Assembly (NCBI GenBank): GCA_964202905.1
Contig: CAXNJO010000002.1
Coordinates: 448,001-512,000, forward strand
From: Polyangiales bacterium
Lineage (GTDB): Bacteria; Myxococcota_A; Polyangia; Polyangiales; JADJQN01
Reading direction: 5' to 3'
Length of the DNA: 64,000 bases
Shown: piece after piece, positions 9,759 to 20,896 of the stretch
Numbering within the stretch: position 1 is the first letter of the stretch
Layout: each line of letters opens with the position of its first letter
The notes under the pieces: model-generated
Told to the model about the DNA's origin: nothing
The model's input: the letters and a program-made list of their open reading frames with translations, nothing else
Databases searched by the model: none
Translations under genes and position numbers: made by a program

Positions 9759-10435
9759 CGCGCCCGCCCCTCGCCCTCGACGAAGGCTTTCACGATCGAT
9801 GGAGCGCGGAGGCTCCAGTCGTGCAGCCGCGGCCGCAGCAGGCCGCCGAAGAGCCCGTCGCCGAAGTCGGCCATGAGGCCGTACGAGAGCAGGCTGCGCG
9901 CGTCGCCCTGGGGACGCACCGTGAAGAAGCCCCACGCCGCGCGCACCGAGTGCGGGCGGCTCGGGTCGAGCGCGAACGTGAGGTCGCGGCGCGCCGCGTC
10001 GACGCGCGCGCTGAGGGCGTAGTGCGCGCGGATCGGGCCGACCTCGTGCTCGAGCGCGACCGTCCGGCGATCGCCGCGCGACGAGAGCGTCCGCGCCGCG
10101 GTGCAGGCGGGCAGCATCTTCGGGTAGCGCGCGGTGTCGAGCAGCGCGCGCCAGAGTGCGTCGGCCGGGAGCGCGATCACCTGCCAGCTCGTGCCGCCGA
10201 CGAGCACCTGCCCGCCGCGGCGCTCCGAGCGGCGCCGGACCACGAGGCCGCCGCTCTCGAGCGTGCGGCGCTCGGCGGACGTGAACGCGCGCGGCGCCGC
10301 GGACGAGGACGCAGGCCGCGATTGGGCCCCGGCGCGCCCGGGCGACGACGCGGGCCCCGCCGCGAACATGCCGAGCGTGCCGAGCGCGCCCACGACCGCG
10401 AGCAGCGCCGCCCGCGTGGTGCGGGCGCGGGCCAT
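9569..10435 (-). CDS. Secreted SRPBCC/START-fold (polyketide cyclase-like) protein
   Basis: Signal peptide; WQVIALPADALWRALLDTARYPKMLP; RAAWGFFTVRP. Confidence 0.7.
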   Translation of the reverse strand: MARARTTRAALLAVVGALGTLGMFAAGPASSPGRAGAQSRPASSSAAPRAFTSAERRTLESGGLVVRRRSERRGGQVLVGGTSWQVIALPADALWRALLDTARYPKMLPACTAARTLSSRGDRRTVALEHEVGPIRAHYALSARVDAARRDLTFALDPSRPHSVRAAWGFFTVRPQGDARSLLSYGLMADFGDGLFGGLLRPRLHDWSLRAPSIVKAFVEGEGRARYLPVGPRREVFVAGREAPGARDFAAAPEAPSRLAERGPDEVFAARPGDGVTGVLAAGSPAVR

Positions 10436-10520
10436 CGGGGCGCGCTGCGGGCGGGCGGGCGGTCGCGTCATCGGGAGCAAGGCTATCAGAACGCGCACGC
10501 GGCGGTCTTGCCCGGCGCGG

Positions 10521-11339
10521 TCAGGGATGGAGCGCGAGCGGTGCGCCCGTCGCCGCGCCGCCCGGCGGTGTCCCAGGGTACCAGGGCCAGAAAGGCGCGC
10601 GATCCCGGCAATGCGGGCGATCGGACGGATCGCAGTAGATGCGGACGTGAAAGTGGTTGCGGTGCGGGTGACCGCGTCCGGGCTGCACGAGCAGCGCGGC
10701 CGCGCGATCGAGGACGGCGCGGCTCGCCCCGCGGCGCCGCCCCTCCTCGAGCAGGCGGGCACGGAGGGCGGTCCCGACGAACACGTACTGCACGCGCGCG
10801 TCGGGGTCGCTGACGAGGCGCGCGACGAACTCCCAGTTGCGCGCGTCGTCGAAGCGCAGGCCCTCGTTGGGCGTCTTGCCGAGGCCATCCGCGCCGAACT
10901 CGGCGAACGCGAACGGCTCGAACGGGCGCCCCGCTCCGTCGAGCATGTAGAACGCGACGTCGACGTCGCGCCCGCTCTCGTGCGAGCCGTGTCCGTCGAT
11001 GTCGCCGCCCTCGCGCTTCGAGAGTTCGCCGACACTCAGCTTCGCGCCGGGCACGCGCCGCGCGACCACGCGGGCGGCCCGCTCGAGCAACTGCACGAGC
11101 TCGTGCGTGCCCCAGAAATGCCCCGCGGGTGCGTATTCGCCGGCGTGCCGCACCCACTCCGACTCGGGCAGTTCGACCCCGTCGCGCAGGCGCCCCTGCC
11201 ACGGGTAGCCGACCGAGCGGCTCCGCGGCGCACGCACACGCCGGCGCGTCCCGGCGCGCGGAGGCGTCGCGCGCGCGGCCTCGGCCACGAGGAGCGCGGC
11301 GCAGCAGAGCGCGATCGCGAGGACGAGCGGACGACGCAT
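10521..11339 (-). CDS. Penicillin-insensitive murein endopeptidase (MepA family)
   Basis: Signal peptide; SVGYPWQGRLRDG, WGTHELV, GHGSHESGRDVD, HRNHFHVRI. Confidence 0.88.
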   Translation of the reverse strand: MRRPLVLAIALCCAALLVAEAARATPPRAGTRRRVRAPRSRSVGYPWQGRLRDGVELPESEWVRHAGEYAPAGHFWGTHELVQLLERAARVVARRVPGAKLSVGELSKREGGDIDGHGSHESGRDVDVAFYMLDGAGRPFEPFAFAEFGADGLGKTPNEGLRFDDARNWEFVARLVSDPDARVQYVFVGTALRARLLEEGRRRGASRAVLDRAAALLVQPGRGHPHRNHFHVRIYCDPSDRPHCRDRAPFWPWYPGTPPGGAATGAPLALHP

Positions 11340-11463
11340 AGCGCGTCCCGATGGATAGGCTGCGCGCAGGGAACCGCCAAGTTTGCGGGCAACGAGGTGT
11401 CGCTGCGGGGTGTCGCGAGCGCGGGAGCGCGCGTCGTGCGGAACGAACTGAGCCGACCGCGCG

Positions 11464-13054
11464 TCAGGGCAGCCCGACGACCGCGACCGGCACGAGGGAA
11501 TCCACGGTGTCGTCGTTGCCGAGACGCCCATCCGCGCCCGTGCCCCAGCAGAGAGCGGTCCCGTCCCCGCGCGCGGCGCAGGTGTGCTCAGCGCCCGCGG
11601 AGACGTGCACCGACGCGGCCGCGCAGCGACGACCGAAACGGGCGTCGGGCGGTCGGAGGACGTGCCGTCGCCGAGGCACCCGGCCGCTGTTGCTTGCCCC
11701 AGCACTGCACAGTGCCACCGTCGTCGAACCGCGCGCAAGCGTGGCGGCATCACCTGCTGTGAGTTGCGAGCGCGCCATCCGTGAGACCCGGCGACGATCG
11801 GCGCGCCGCGCTGCTGATCTGTCGGTCGACCCGTCGCCGAGCTGCCCGCCCGCGTTGCCACCCCAGCAAGCGACCTGGACACGCGCGCCGCCGACGCGCG
11901 CGCAGTTGAAGTCGCCGCCCGACGCGACGTCGCGCGCGGCGGCGAGCGTGGTCACGACCGTCGGCGCCCCCCGATCCGTCATCGATCCGTCGCCGAGCTG
12001 CCGAGCACCGTTCTCGCCCCAGCAAAGGCCGCTGCCATCTTCGAGGATGGCACAGCTATGTTTGCCACCGCCGGAGACGTCGACGACCCGGAGCGGCAGC
12101 GTGACCTCCGTCGCGACCGCGAGGTCGCCCCCCGCGACGCCGAGCTGCCCCCTGTCGTTGCGCCCCCAGCAGGACAGGAGCCCGCCCACGCGCAGCGCGC
12201 AGGTGTGCTCGCCGCCCGTGGCCACGCGCACGGCGTCGGTCACGGCGGTCTCGACCGGGGCGAGCCGATCCATCTTGAAGCCGTCGCCGAGCCGTCCGTT
12301 GCCGCCGTCGCCCCAGCAGACGACGCGCCCGGTCGCGCGCACCGCGCAGGCGTGGACCGTGCCCGCGTCGAGGTCGACGGCATCCTCGAGGCCCATCACC
12401 TGCACGGCCGTGTTCGACGCCGCGGCGGAGCCGCGCCCGAGCTGCCCGACCGCGTTCGCGCCCCAGCAGTAGACGCGCCCACCCGCGAGCCGTGCGCACG
12501 AGAAGTCCGACCCGGCGGCGACCTGCACGACGTCGTTCGCGGGCCACGCACGCCGACGCCGCGCACATCTCGCCCGACGCACAGGCGCGACCGCAGGCCC
12601 CGCAGTTCGCGGGATCGTCGGCGAACGAAAAGCCCTCGTCGACGAGACCGTCGCAGTCGTCGTCGCGCCCGTTGCACGCCTCCGACACAGGGCCGCAGCC
12701 CGCGTCGACGTCGCCGGCATCCGACGCGCCGCCGTCCGCCACGCCACCTTCCTCGGCGCCGCCATCCGACGGGCCGCCATCGACATCCCCCGCGTCGACA
12801 TCGCCGCCATCGCGCGGTCCGGGGCCTCCATCGGCGCCCGCCTCCGTCGGATCGCCCCCGCCATCGACGCTCGCGAGCCCCGTGCGGGTCGCCGAGCACG
12901 CAGCGAGCGCCGCGCAAAGCGCAACCGTGACGACGGTCCAACGCCGCGTTGCACACGAACGAGCCGGTGCACACGAACGAGCCGGTGCACACGAACGAGC
13001 CGGTGCACACGAACGAGAGGGCGGCGCGGCGTCGGGAAAAAATGCTGGATGCAT
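11464..13054 (-). CDS. Lipoprotein with Cys-rich motif and RCC1 repeats (frameshifts near 12545 and in 11600-11830)
   Basis: ALAAC lipobox, EACNGRDDDCDGLVDEG, repeated (AG/GG)xHxCA...CWGxNxxGQLG units spread over several frames. Confidence 0.85.
12950..13017. repeat. 18-bp tandem repeat TGCACACGAACGAGCCGG, about 3.8 copies
   Basis: Units start at 12950, 12968, 12986 and 13004 (partial). Confidence 0.9.
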
Positions 13055-13236
13055 GGGAAGACCTCGGACGTACGCATGACCCAGGCGCGAACTCGCCGAG
13101 CGTAGACGGAAATCCTTTCGCCGTGAACGGATGTCCGACGACGAGCCTGCACGCGAGAGCGTTGACGGCGTAAGGCCGCGGATGTTGCGATGGGCCGCGC
13201 GCCCGTGACGTCGTGTGGAGCGCCTAGGAGTCCGCC

Positions 13237-14472
13237 ATGCCCCGTCCCGCTCCCGTGCTGGATCGCCCCCTTCGACGCGCCGCGACGCTCCTGCTGGCCG
13301 CGTCCCTCACGACCCTCGGCGCGGCCTGCGGAGGCTCGGATGCGCCGACCGGCGCCGATGGCGGCCCCCGTGATCTCGGGGGCGTGCGCGACGCGGGCCC
13401 CGAGTTGGACGCAGGCGCAGACAGCGACGCGGGCTCGGGCATCGATGCCGGCGCAGACAGCGACGCAGGCGCAGACGGCGACGCAGGCGCAGACGGCGAC
13501 GCAGGCGCAGACGGCGACGCAGGCGCAGACGGCGACGCAGGCGCAGACAGCGACGCGGGCCCACCGCCCGACATCGACGCAGGCCCATCGCCCGACGGCG
13601 ACGCAGGTCCACCCGACGCCATCCCCGCGTGCCCCACCTTCGCCGACGCGGTCGAGCGCGCGCGCACGCCCTACGATCCGTTCTTCCCGAGCCGCAGCGT
13701 GCGTGAGGCGAGCGGCCTCGCCGAGAGCCGCCGCAACCCCGGCGTGCTCTGGCTGCACAACGACTCGGGCGGCGGTCCGCGCCTGTTCGCCGCGCGGATC
13801 GCGCCCGCCGGGACCGTGTTCTACGACCTCGCGGACGCCGGTGCGCGCGACTGGGAGGACATCGCCGTCGGCCCCGGCCCCGAAGCGGGCGTGTCCTATG
13901 TCTACGTCGGCGACATCGGCGACAACGGCGAGTCCCGCGCGAACATCGACGTCTACCGCGTCGCGGAGCCCGCCGTCGGCGCGGCCTCGGCGACGCCCCT
14001 CACGCTCACGGGCGTCGAGCGCTTCACGCTCGTCTACCCTGACCGCGCGCACAACGCCGAGACGCTCCTCGTCGACCCGCGCACTGGCGACGTGTTCGTC
14101 GTGGTCAAGAGCGGCTCGGGCGACTCGCCCGTCTACCGCGCCGCGGCCCCGCTCGCCGCGGGCACGACGACGCTCGAGCTCGTCGCGACGCTGCGTTTCG
14201 GGGCCGACCCGCTGCCTGGCAACGCGCTGACGACGGGCGGGGACATCTCCCCCGCGGGCGACGAGATCGCGATCCGCACCTACGACGCCGCCTATCTGTG
14301 GCGGCGCGCGCGCGGGGCGACCGTCGCCGAGGCGCTCGCCACCCCGCCGTGCCGCATCCCGCTGCGCCGCGAGACGCAGGGCGAGGCGCTCGGCTTCGCG
14401 GCGGATGGCAGCGGCTACTACTCGGTGAGCGAGGGGAACCTCGAGGTCGTCTCGTTCTACGCGCGGCGCTGA
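13237..14472 (+). CDS. Lipoprotein with DAGADG repeats and a beta-propeller-like domain
   Basis: LGAAC lipobox; [44 protein letters not shown]. Confidence 0.8.
   Translation: MPRPAPVLDRPLRRAATLLLAASLTTLGAACGGSDAPTGADGGPRDLGGVRDAGPELDAGADSDAGSGIDAGADSDAGADGDAGADGDAGADGDAGADGDAGADSDAGPPPDIDAGPSPDGDAGPPDAIPACPTFADAVERARTPYDPFFPSRSVREASGLAESRRNPGVLWLHNDSGGGPRLFAARIAPAGTVFYDLADAGARDWEDIAVGPGPEAGVSYVYVGDIGDNGESRANIDVYRVAEPAVGAASATPLTLTGVERFTLVYPDRAHNAETLLVDPRTGDVFVVVKSGSGDSPVYRAAAPLAAGTTTLELVATLRFGADPLPGNALTTGGDISPAGDEIAIRTYDAAYLWRRARGATVAEALATPPCRIPLRRETQGEALGFAADGSGYYSVSEGNLEVVSFYARR
13462..13557 (+). repeat. 18-bp coding tandem repeat (GACGCAGGCGCAGACGGC; DAGADG), about 5 copies
   Basis: Visible directly in the sequence. 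Confidence 0.85.
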
Positions 14473-14612
14473 CGCCCCCCCGCGACCGCCGCCGCGCCAC
14501 CGCAGCCCGGCCCGCTGCGACGCCGTGTCCCGTTGACGCAGCCCACGGACGCGTCCAGCTTCGCCGCGTGTCGCCGGCCGTCCCAGCCCCTGCGCGCAGC
14601 GCGCCGAGCGCC

Positions 14613-16487
14613 ATGGAGCTCGTCGGGGACCCCGCGCGCCACCTCGCGTTGCTGAAGGCGATCGCGCGGCGCACCGGGAACTCGGTCATCGTCACCGACC
14701 CCGCGGGCCACATCGAGTGGGTCAACGAAGGCTTCACCCGATTGACGGAGTTCCTGCCCGAGGAAGTGCTTGGCCGCCGCCCGGCGGAGCTGTTGCAGGG
14801 CCCCGATACCGAGCGTGCGACGCGCGCGCAGATGGCCGCCGCGATCGCGCTCGGGCTGCCGTTCGAAGTGGTCGTCCTCAACTACACGAAGTCGGGCCGG
14901 CAGTATTGGGTCCGCATCGAGGCCGAGCCCACGCGCGACGAGGAGGGCACGCTCACGGGTTTCATCGCGCTCGAGACGGACGTCACCGCGCAGCGCATCT
15001 CCGAGGCGCGCGAGGGCGTGACGAAGCGCATCGGCGACCTGCTCCTCATCTGCGACTCCATCGAGCGCGCCGCGCAGCACGTCGTCCGGGAGCTCTCGCG
15101 CACCCTCGACCTGCGTACGGCGCAGGTCTGGACGGTGACCCCCGGGCAGCCTCACCTGCACTACGTCGCCGGGGCCTGCGCCGACAACAGCGGGCAGGAG
15201 TGGCTCGACACGAGCGCGAACCGCACCTTCGCGCGCGGCACCGATTGGGTCGTCGGCGTCGGCGCGCCGGGCGTCGCGTGGGGCACCGCCGCGCCCTGCA
15301 TCAAGACGGACTTCTGGCAGTACGACAGCCGCGGGCAGCTCTCACGCCGTGCAGCCGCCGCGAAGCTCGCCGGGATCCGCACCGTCTGCGCGGTGCCGGT
15401 CCTCGGTCCCGAGGGCGTCATCGCTATCGTCGAGATCGGCGGCTCGCACAACTACCCGGGGAACGATCAGCTGCCCTCGCTCGTCGAGCGCGTCGCCCGT
15501 CAGCTCGGCGCGTCCATCGTGCAGCTGGAGAGCCGCCGCGCGTTCGAGGCGCTCTTCCGCCAGAGCCCCGACGCGCTGCTCGTCGTCGACGCGGAGGGCC
15601 TCGTGCAGCGCGCGAACGCCCGCGCCGTCGCGCTCTTCGGCGACGCGGTCGGGCAGCGGCTCGACGCGCTCCTCGCGGGCGGCGAGGCGCAGCTCTCGGC
15701 GGAGCGCCCCGCCTTCGGTGATCCCACACCGCTCCAGCAGCTCGCCGGCACGCGACCCGACGCGACGCGGTTCTCCGCGGAGGTCGCGATCTCGTCGACG
15801 ACCGCGACGGGCGCGCCGTCGAACATCGTCTCGGTGCGCGACCTGACGGAGCGGCACCTCGCGGAGGAGGCGCTGCGCCGCTCCCTCGAGGAGAAGGTCA
15901 CCCTCGTGCAGGAGGTGCACCACCGCGTGAAGAACAACCTGCAGATCATCTCGAGCCTCGTCTCGCTGCAGGCCGAGGACCTCGAGAGCGAGTCCGCGCG
16001 CGCCGCCCTGCGCGACACGTCGAACCGCATCCAGTCGATGGCCCTCGTGCACCAGCAGCTCTACGCCAACGACAACTTCGCGCGCATCGTCTTCGGGGAC
16101 TACGCGCGCGCGCTCTGCACCGCGCTGCACGTCTCGCTCGCGCCCGACGCCTCGCTGACCGTCGACGCCGACTTCGTCGAGACGACGGTGGAGCGCGCGG
16201 TCCCGGCGGGCCTCATCCTGAACGAGCTGCTCACGAACGCCTTCAAGCACGGCCACGCGCCAGGGCGCCGCGCGGCGATCCAGGTGCGCGTCGAGCGCCT
16301 CGAGGCGGGCTTCGCGTTCGTCGTCGCGGACGGGGGCCCGGCGTTCGGCGATCAGCCCGCGCGCAAGGGCTCGATCGGCCAGACGCTCATCCACGCGCTC
16401 GTTCGGCAGCTCCGCGCCAAGCGGACGTACACGCGCACCGCGACGGGCAACGAGGTCCGCGTCGAGCTGCCGAACGCGCTCGCCTGA
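14613..16487 (+). CDS. PAS-GAF-PAS sensor histidine kinase (HisKA_2 type)
   Basis: [12 protein letters not shown]...LQGPDT...[34 protein letters not shown]. Confidence 0.92.
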   Translation: MELVGDPARHLALLKAIARRTGNSVIVTDPAGHIEWVNEGFTRLTEFLPEEVLGRRPAELLQGPDTERATRAQMAAAIALGLPFEVVVLNYTKSGRQYWVRIEAEPTRDEEGTLTGFIALETDVTAQRISEAREGVTKRIGDLLLICDSIERAAQHVVRELSRTLDLRTAQVWTVTPGQPHLHYVAGACADNSGQEWLDTSANRTFARGTDWVVGVGAPGVAWGTAAPCIKTDFWQYDSRGQLSRRAAAAKLAGIRTVCAVPVLGPEGVIAIVEIGGSHNYPGNDQLPSLVERVARQLGASIVQLESRRAFEALFRQSPDALLVVDAEGLVQRANARAVALFGDAVGQRLDALLAGGEAQLSAERPAFGDPTPLQQLAGTRPDATRFSAEVAISSTTATGAPSNIVSVRDLTERHLAEEALRRSLEEKVTLVQEVHHRVKNNLQIISSLVSLQAEDLESESARAALRDTSNRIQSMALVHQQLYANDNFARIVFGDYARALCTALHVSLAPDASLTVDADFVETTVERAVPAGLILNELLTNAFKHGHAPGRRAAIQVRVERLEAGFAFVVADGGPAFGDQPARKGSIGQTLIHALVRQLRAKRTYTRTATGNEVRVELPNALA

Positions 16488-16542
16488 CGGCGCGGCGAGG
16501 CCGCCACGCGACGGACGGGCCCGCGCTGCTATCGTCCGCGCG

Positions 16543-17715
16543 ATGCGCGCGACGCCCTGCCTGCTCGCCCTCGTGCTCGTCGCGTGCGGCGGCGCGCCCC
16601 CTCCCGCCCCGTCGGATGCGCCGGCACGTGCCCCCTCGGAGGCCCCACGCGCGGTGCGCGCCGCGCGTGTCCCGGATGGCGCGGACGCAGCGCGCGCCAC
16701 GACACCGGGCACCGACGCGTCGGCCGCGCGCGTGCTCGCCGGAGATGCGACGTTCGGCGACCTCGTTCGCGCGGCGCAGGCGCTCGAGGCGGGCGGCGCT
16801 GCGGCCTCGTCCGCAGGCTGTGTGCTCCGCGCGCCGCGGGGACCCGGCGCGTCGTACCGGCTCGACGCGGACATCTCCGTCGCGCTGCGCCCCTTGCCCG
16901 CCGCGTGGGAGGACCTCGACGCGCACCTCCGGGGGCGGCGCGGGCCGGCGCGGCTGCTCTCGCGCTGGGGCCAGACACGCGCCGAGCCGTATGCGCTCGC
17001 GCTCGCCGCGTTCACGGGGACCGCGCCCGTCGACCCTACCCTGCCCGCGGCCGCGATCGTCCTCACCGACGCCGGGGCGTGGGTGCTCGGCACCACGCGC
17101 GAGGCGCCCGCTGCCACGACACCGGTGCCGCTCGCCGCGCTCGCCGAGGCGCTCCGCGCGCTCACGCCGAACGGCGCCCCCGCGCAGCTCGCGGTGACCG
17201 CCGAGGCCACGCTCCCGCTCGCGACGCTGCGCGACGCGCTCGCCGTGCTCGCCCCACTCGGCGCGCCGATCGCGCTCGCCGTCCCGCTCGCCCCGGACGT
17301 GCGCCTCCCGGCCGAGCCCGTCGTCGCCCCCGAGGTGATGGACCGCGGCTTCTGCGGCAGCGGGCTGCCCGAGCCCGCGCCGGACGCGACCGAGGGCGAC
17401 CTGCCGGCGAGCGCCCTCCGCGCCGCGCTCGACCCGCTCCGCGAGGCCGCCGCGCGCTGCCTCGGCCAGACCGCGGGGCGCGCCGCGAGCGGCGGCCGTC
17501 TCGACCTCGCGCTGCGGGTCGGAGCGGACGGTCGCGTCGCGGAGGCCTGCGCCGTCCGCGACCCGATCCTCGACCCCGCGCTGCGCCTCTGCGTGCTCGC
17601 GGCCGCGCGCGCGCTGCGCTTCCCGCTGCCTGACCCGGCGGGCTTCGTGGATCTGGCGCTGCCGCTGCGCCTCGCGCCCGACGCCGCCCTCGCGCAGCGC
17701 CCGCTCTGCGAGTGA
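16543..17715 (+). CDS. Lipoprotein with C-terminal AgmX/PglI (TonB-C-like) domain
   Basis: LVAC lipobox; GRLDLALRVGADGRV...LRLCVLAAARALRFP...LPLRL. Confidence 0.7.
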   Translation: MRATPCLLALVLVACGGAPPPAPSDAPARAPSEAPRAVRAARVPDGADAARATTPGTDASAARVLAGDATFGDLVRAAQALEAGGAAASSAGCVLRAPRGPGASYRLDADISVALRPLPAAWEDLDAHLRGRRGPARLLSRWGQTRAEPYALALAAFTGTAPVDPTLPAAAIVLTDAGAWVLGTTREAPAATTPVPLAALAEALRALTPNGAPAQLAVTAEATLPLATLRDALAVLAPLGAPIALAVPLAPDVRLPAEPVVAPEVMDRGFCGSGLPEPAPDATEGDLPASALRAALDPLREAAARCLGQTAGRAASGGRLDLALRVGADGRVAEACAVRDPILDPALRLCVLAAARALRFPLPDPAGFVDLALPLRLAPDAALAQRPLCE

Positions 17716-17736
17716 GTCGCGCGGCGCGCGCCGCGC

Positions 17737-18378
17737 TCAGCCGTCGATCTTTGCGCGGATTTTACGGTTCAAAGCGTTGAACGCGTTCTTGTAGTCGAAC
17801 CAGCCGCGCGCGATCTTCTGGATCGGCTCGCCCGACGTCTCCGCGTCGTACTCGGTGCCCGACGCGTCGAGGAAGGCGATGTACTCGCTCACGCCGCTGC
17901 GGAGCGCATCCGAGGCGGCCGACACGGCGCGCACGTCCTCCTGCAGGTCCACCGGGGGCAGCAGCACCGCGTACTTGTCGTGCATCTCGCCGAGCCGCGG
18001 CATGCAGCGGTCTCGCACGAGCGCACCGAAGCGCGGACCACCGCGGCCCGCGCGCTGGTCGAGCGCGTTCTTCAGGTCCGTGTTGTTCCGCAGGCGCTCG
18101 TACGCGTTGCCCGACTGCAGCGCGCACTCCCAGAACTTCAACCATTGGTCGTTGTGCAGCGCGTTCACGGACTTGCCGAACTCGCGGTACACCGCCGCCT
18201 CGTCCCCCCGCGTCAAGTACCAGCCGAGCCCGCCGACGACGGCGAGCACGGCGACGACCATGACGGCCAGCATCGGGCCCTTGCCGGAGCGCATCGCGCG
18301 CTCCTCGTCCTCGAGCGAGGGCCCTCCGAGCGGGCTGCCGAGCGGGCTACCGAGGGGGCTGTTCGCAGGTTCCGCCAT
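17737..18378 (-). CDS. Hypothetical bitopic membrane protein
   Basis: SPLG x3 (12-bp repeat), TM helix, helical soluble domain. Confidence 0.7.
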   Translation of the reverse strand: MAEPANSPLGSPLGSPLGGPSLEDEERAMRSGKGPMLAVMVVAVLAVVGGLGWYLTRGDEAAVYREFGKSVNALHNDQWLKFWECALQSGNAYERLRNNTDLKNALDQRAGRGGPRFGALVRDRCMPRLGEMHDKYAVLLPPVDLQEDVRAVSAASDALRSGVSEYIAFLDASGTEYDAETSGEPIQKIARGWFDYKNAFNALNRKIRAKIDG

Positions 18379-18414
18379 GATTCCGGGCCTCCGGCGGGCC
18401 GCATCGGGCCCGCG

Positions 18415-20136
18415 TCACTCGTTGAGGTTCAGGCGGAACCCGCCGCCGCCTCCGGCCCCGGGCCCGCCGAGGCGGAGTGTCGACGGGTCGCCGCCGCGAA
18501 GCAAGGGCTCGCTGTCCCCGCCCTCCCCGCCGAGCAGCGCCGGGCCGTCGTCGCCCTCCCCGCCGCCGAGCAGCCGCGATCCGCCGCCGAGCTGCAGCGC
18601 GCCCGGGTCCCCGGCGGGCGCGCCGTCGTCCTCGTCGAGCGCCTCCGCCTCGTCGTCCGCGAGCGGATCGGCCTCGAGCGCGGTCGGGCCGAGCACGCGC
18701 CCGATGAGGGTGCGGACCCCGTCGCGCTGGGCCTCCGGCGCCGCCTCGAGCGCACGCTGCGCCTCGCGACGCATGTCGCCGTAGCGGTTCGCCTGCTTGT
18801 AGATCCGCGCGAGCATGAGGCGCCCCTGCACGTCCTCCGGGCGGCGCGCGACGCCCTGCTCGGCGTAGGCGATCGCCTCGTCGACCTCGCCCTCGGCGAG
18901 GTGGTAGTTCGCGAACAACATCGGGAGCGTGTGCAGATCCGGGTCGAGGCGCTTCGCGAGCTCGAGCTCGCGGAGGGCCTCTTCCGTCTCGCCGCTCTGG
19001 AGGTGGATGGCCGCGAGCGTGCCGTGCGCACCCGCGAAGTCCGGCGAGGCCTGCAGCGCCGCGCCGACCTCGCGCAACGCGCGCTCGACGTCGCCCTTCA
19101 CGAGGAAGATCCCCGCGAGGTTGTTGCGGCGCGGCGCGTCCGGCCGCACCTCGACGGCGGCCTCGAACTCGCGCACGCCCTCCTCGACGCCGCCCGAGGC
19201 GATGAGGATCGCGCCGCGCGCGCCGTGCACCGCGGCCGAGCGCGGCGCGAGCCTGAGCGCGTTCGTCGAATCCGCGAACGCGCGCTGCGCGTCCCCCTCG
19301 CGCACGAGGCGGTGCACGGCCCGCGCGTTGACCACGGCGCCGAGCGCCTCGACGTCGGTGAGCACGCGGTACTCACCCTCGACGGGCGCGGTGCTGCGGC
19401 CAAGCCAGGGGTCGAGCAGCGTCGGCGTCCCCGCGCCGGGCGCGCTGGGATAGACCGCGACGACGAAGTAGCCGAGATGCCCCGACGGGTCGGGCGGGGC
19501 CTGATCCCCCGGGAAGGAGAAGGCCTCCGCGAGCATCGCGTCGACGCCCTCCGACCGCAGCGCCGCGACGGCGACCGCGGCGACCTCGATCGGGTACATC
19601 TTCGAGCGCGCGTCGTCGCGCGTCATCAACTCGTAGGCGCGTGCCGCGACGCGCGGCGGCGTGTCGCGCGGCTCGGTGAGCGACCACGGCGCGAAGGCCT
19701 TCTTCGCGGCCCGCGCGCGGATCGCCGCGACGACGCCACGCGCCTTGTCCACGGGCCCGTCCTTGCCGCGGACCGCGGCCTCCGCGAACGACTCGAGCGC
19801 GTCGTCGGCCTCGAGCAACGCGAGGTGATCGCGGACGTCGGCGCGGGTCTTGCGCGCGTACCCCGCGAGCTCCGAGGCCGAGAGCGGGCGCAGCGGCGCG
19901 TCTCCCTCGACGGCGTCCGGCGTCCGACGCGCCCACCACGCCCAGCCTCCCGCGGCGAGCCCGAGCACGGCGACGATGGCCACCGGGAGCACCCAGCGCG
20001 GCGTCTCCTTCGCGGGCGCCTTCTTCGGGGTGCCGAGCCGCTCGATGCCGTGCACGCGCATGCACTTCGGGCAGCGCGGCTTCGCGTCGTCGGAGTCGAA
20101 GCGGTGATCGCAATGGACGCAGAGGTAGCGGGGCAT
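18415..20136 (-). CDS. Zinc ribbon - TM - transglutaminase-like fold - TPR protein
   Basis: YLCVHCDHRF...CPKCM; TM helix; GYFVVAVY...LLDPW; several TPR helix pairs. Confidence 0.78.
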   Translation of the reverse strand: MPRYLCVHCDHRFDSDDAKPRCPKCMRVHGIERLGTPKKAPAKETPRWVLPVAIVAVLGLAAGGWAWWARRTPDAVEGDAPLRPLSASELAGYARKTRADVRDHLALLEADDALESFAEAAVRGKDGPVDKARGVVAAIRARAAKKAFAPWSLTEPRDTPPRVAARAYELMTRDDARSKMYPIEVAAVAVAALRSEGVDAMLAEAFSFPGDQAPPDPSGHLGYFVVAVYPSAPGAGTPTLLDPWLGRSTAPVEGEYRVLTDVEALGAVVNARAVHRLVREGDAQRAFADSTNALRLAPRSAAVHGARGAILIASGGVEEGVREFEAAVEVRPDAPRRNNLAGIFLVKGDVERALREVGAALQASPDFAGAHGTLAAIHLQSGETEEALRELELAKRLDPDLHTLPMLFANYHLAEGEVDEAIAYAEQGVARRPEDVQGRLMLARIYKQANRYGDMRREAQRALEAAPEAQRDGVRTLIGRVLGPTALEADPLADDEAEALDEDDGAPAGDPGALQLGGGSRLLGGGEGDDGPALLGGEGGDSEPLLRGGDPSTLRLGGPGAGGGGGFRLNLNE

Positions 20137-20192
20137 GGGCGCGCACGACGTACCGGACGCACCCCGGCGGCGCAAGCGCCCCCCGTTTGCGC

Positions 20193-20834
20193 TCAGCCCG
20201 CGACGCTCGCCGCGATCACGAGCTGTCCGCCGAAGTAGAGCGGCAGTCCCCACGCGCGGTTGACGAACGCGTGCGCCACGAAGCGATCCCGCGCGACGGC
20301 GAGATCCGACGCGTAGAACATCAGCGCGCCGACGAGCCCGACGACCCCGCCGCCACGTCCGCTCGCGCCGACCGCGCACGCGACCATCGCCGAGATGACG
20401 AGGACGTAGGCCGCGACCGGCCCTCGCATGGACTTCTCGACGTGCGGCGCGAGCCAGCGCAGCGCGAGCCCGCTCGACAGCAGCACGAGCGGCAGCGCGA
20501 CGAGCAGCCGCGTCATGTCCGGGTCGCGCACGACGAAGGCGACCACGAAGGCGACGTGCCCGAGCAGGAACGCCACGAGCCCGCCGAGGAACGTCTTCGC
20601 CGACTTCGGGATGAGCAGCAGGTCGCCAACGAGCGAGAGCACGAGCCCCGCGAGCACGACCTGCCCGTACGTCGAGTCGAGCGCGCCCGCGCCGAGCGCG
20701 GCGATCACGAAGCCGAGCGCCGCGAGCGGCTTGGTCGCCCACTTGCCCGCCTGCGAGCCGCGCCATTCGGCCGCCATCAGGCCGGCCGTGCACGCGGTCG
20801 TCAGGGCGCAGCCGGTCGCGAAGAGTGAAGACAT
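20193..20834 (-). CDS. YhhN family lysoplasmalogenase-like membrane protein
   Basis: TKPLA, SLVGDLLL, GLVAFLLGHVAF, FYASDLAVARDRF, LYFGGQ. Confidence 0.9.
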   Translation of the reverse strand: MSSLFATGCALTTACTAGLMAAEWRGSQAGKWATKPLAALGFVIAALGAGALDSTYGQVVLAGLVLSLVGDLLLIPKSAKTFLGGLVAFLLGHVAFVVAFVVRDPDMTRLLVALPLVLLSSGLALRWLAPHVEKSMRGPVAAYVLVISAMVACAVGASGRGGGVVGLVGALMFYASDLAVARDRFVAHAFVNRAWGLPLYFGGQLVIAASVAG

Positions 20835-20896
20835 GCGGGCGCGAGCATACCTGCGCCGTGATAGCGTGCGGGGCCGCATTTCCCCGAGGAGTTCCC

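Noticed and set aside
13055..13236. Riboswitch or ncRNA in the divergent intergenic region
   Set aside because: No recognisable conserved motif by eye; an Rfam scan would be needed.
12950..13557. Short repeats as a CRISPR array
   Set aside because: They are spacerless tandem repeats of 18 bp, and no cas genes are present.
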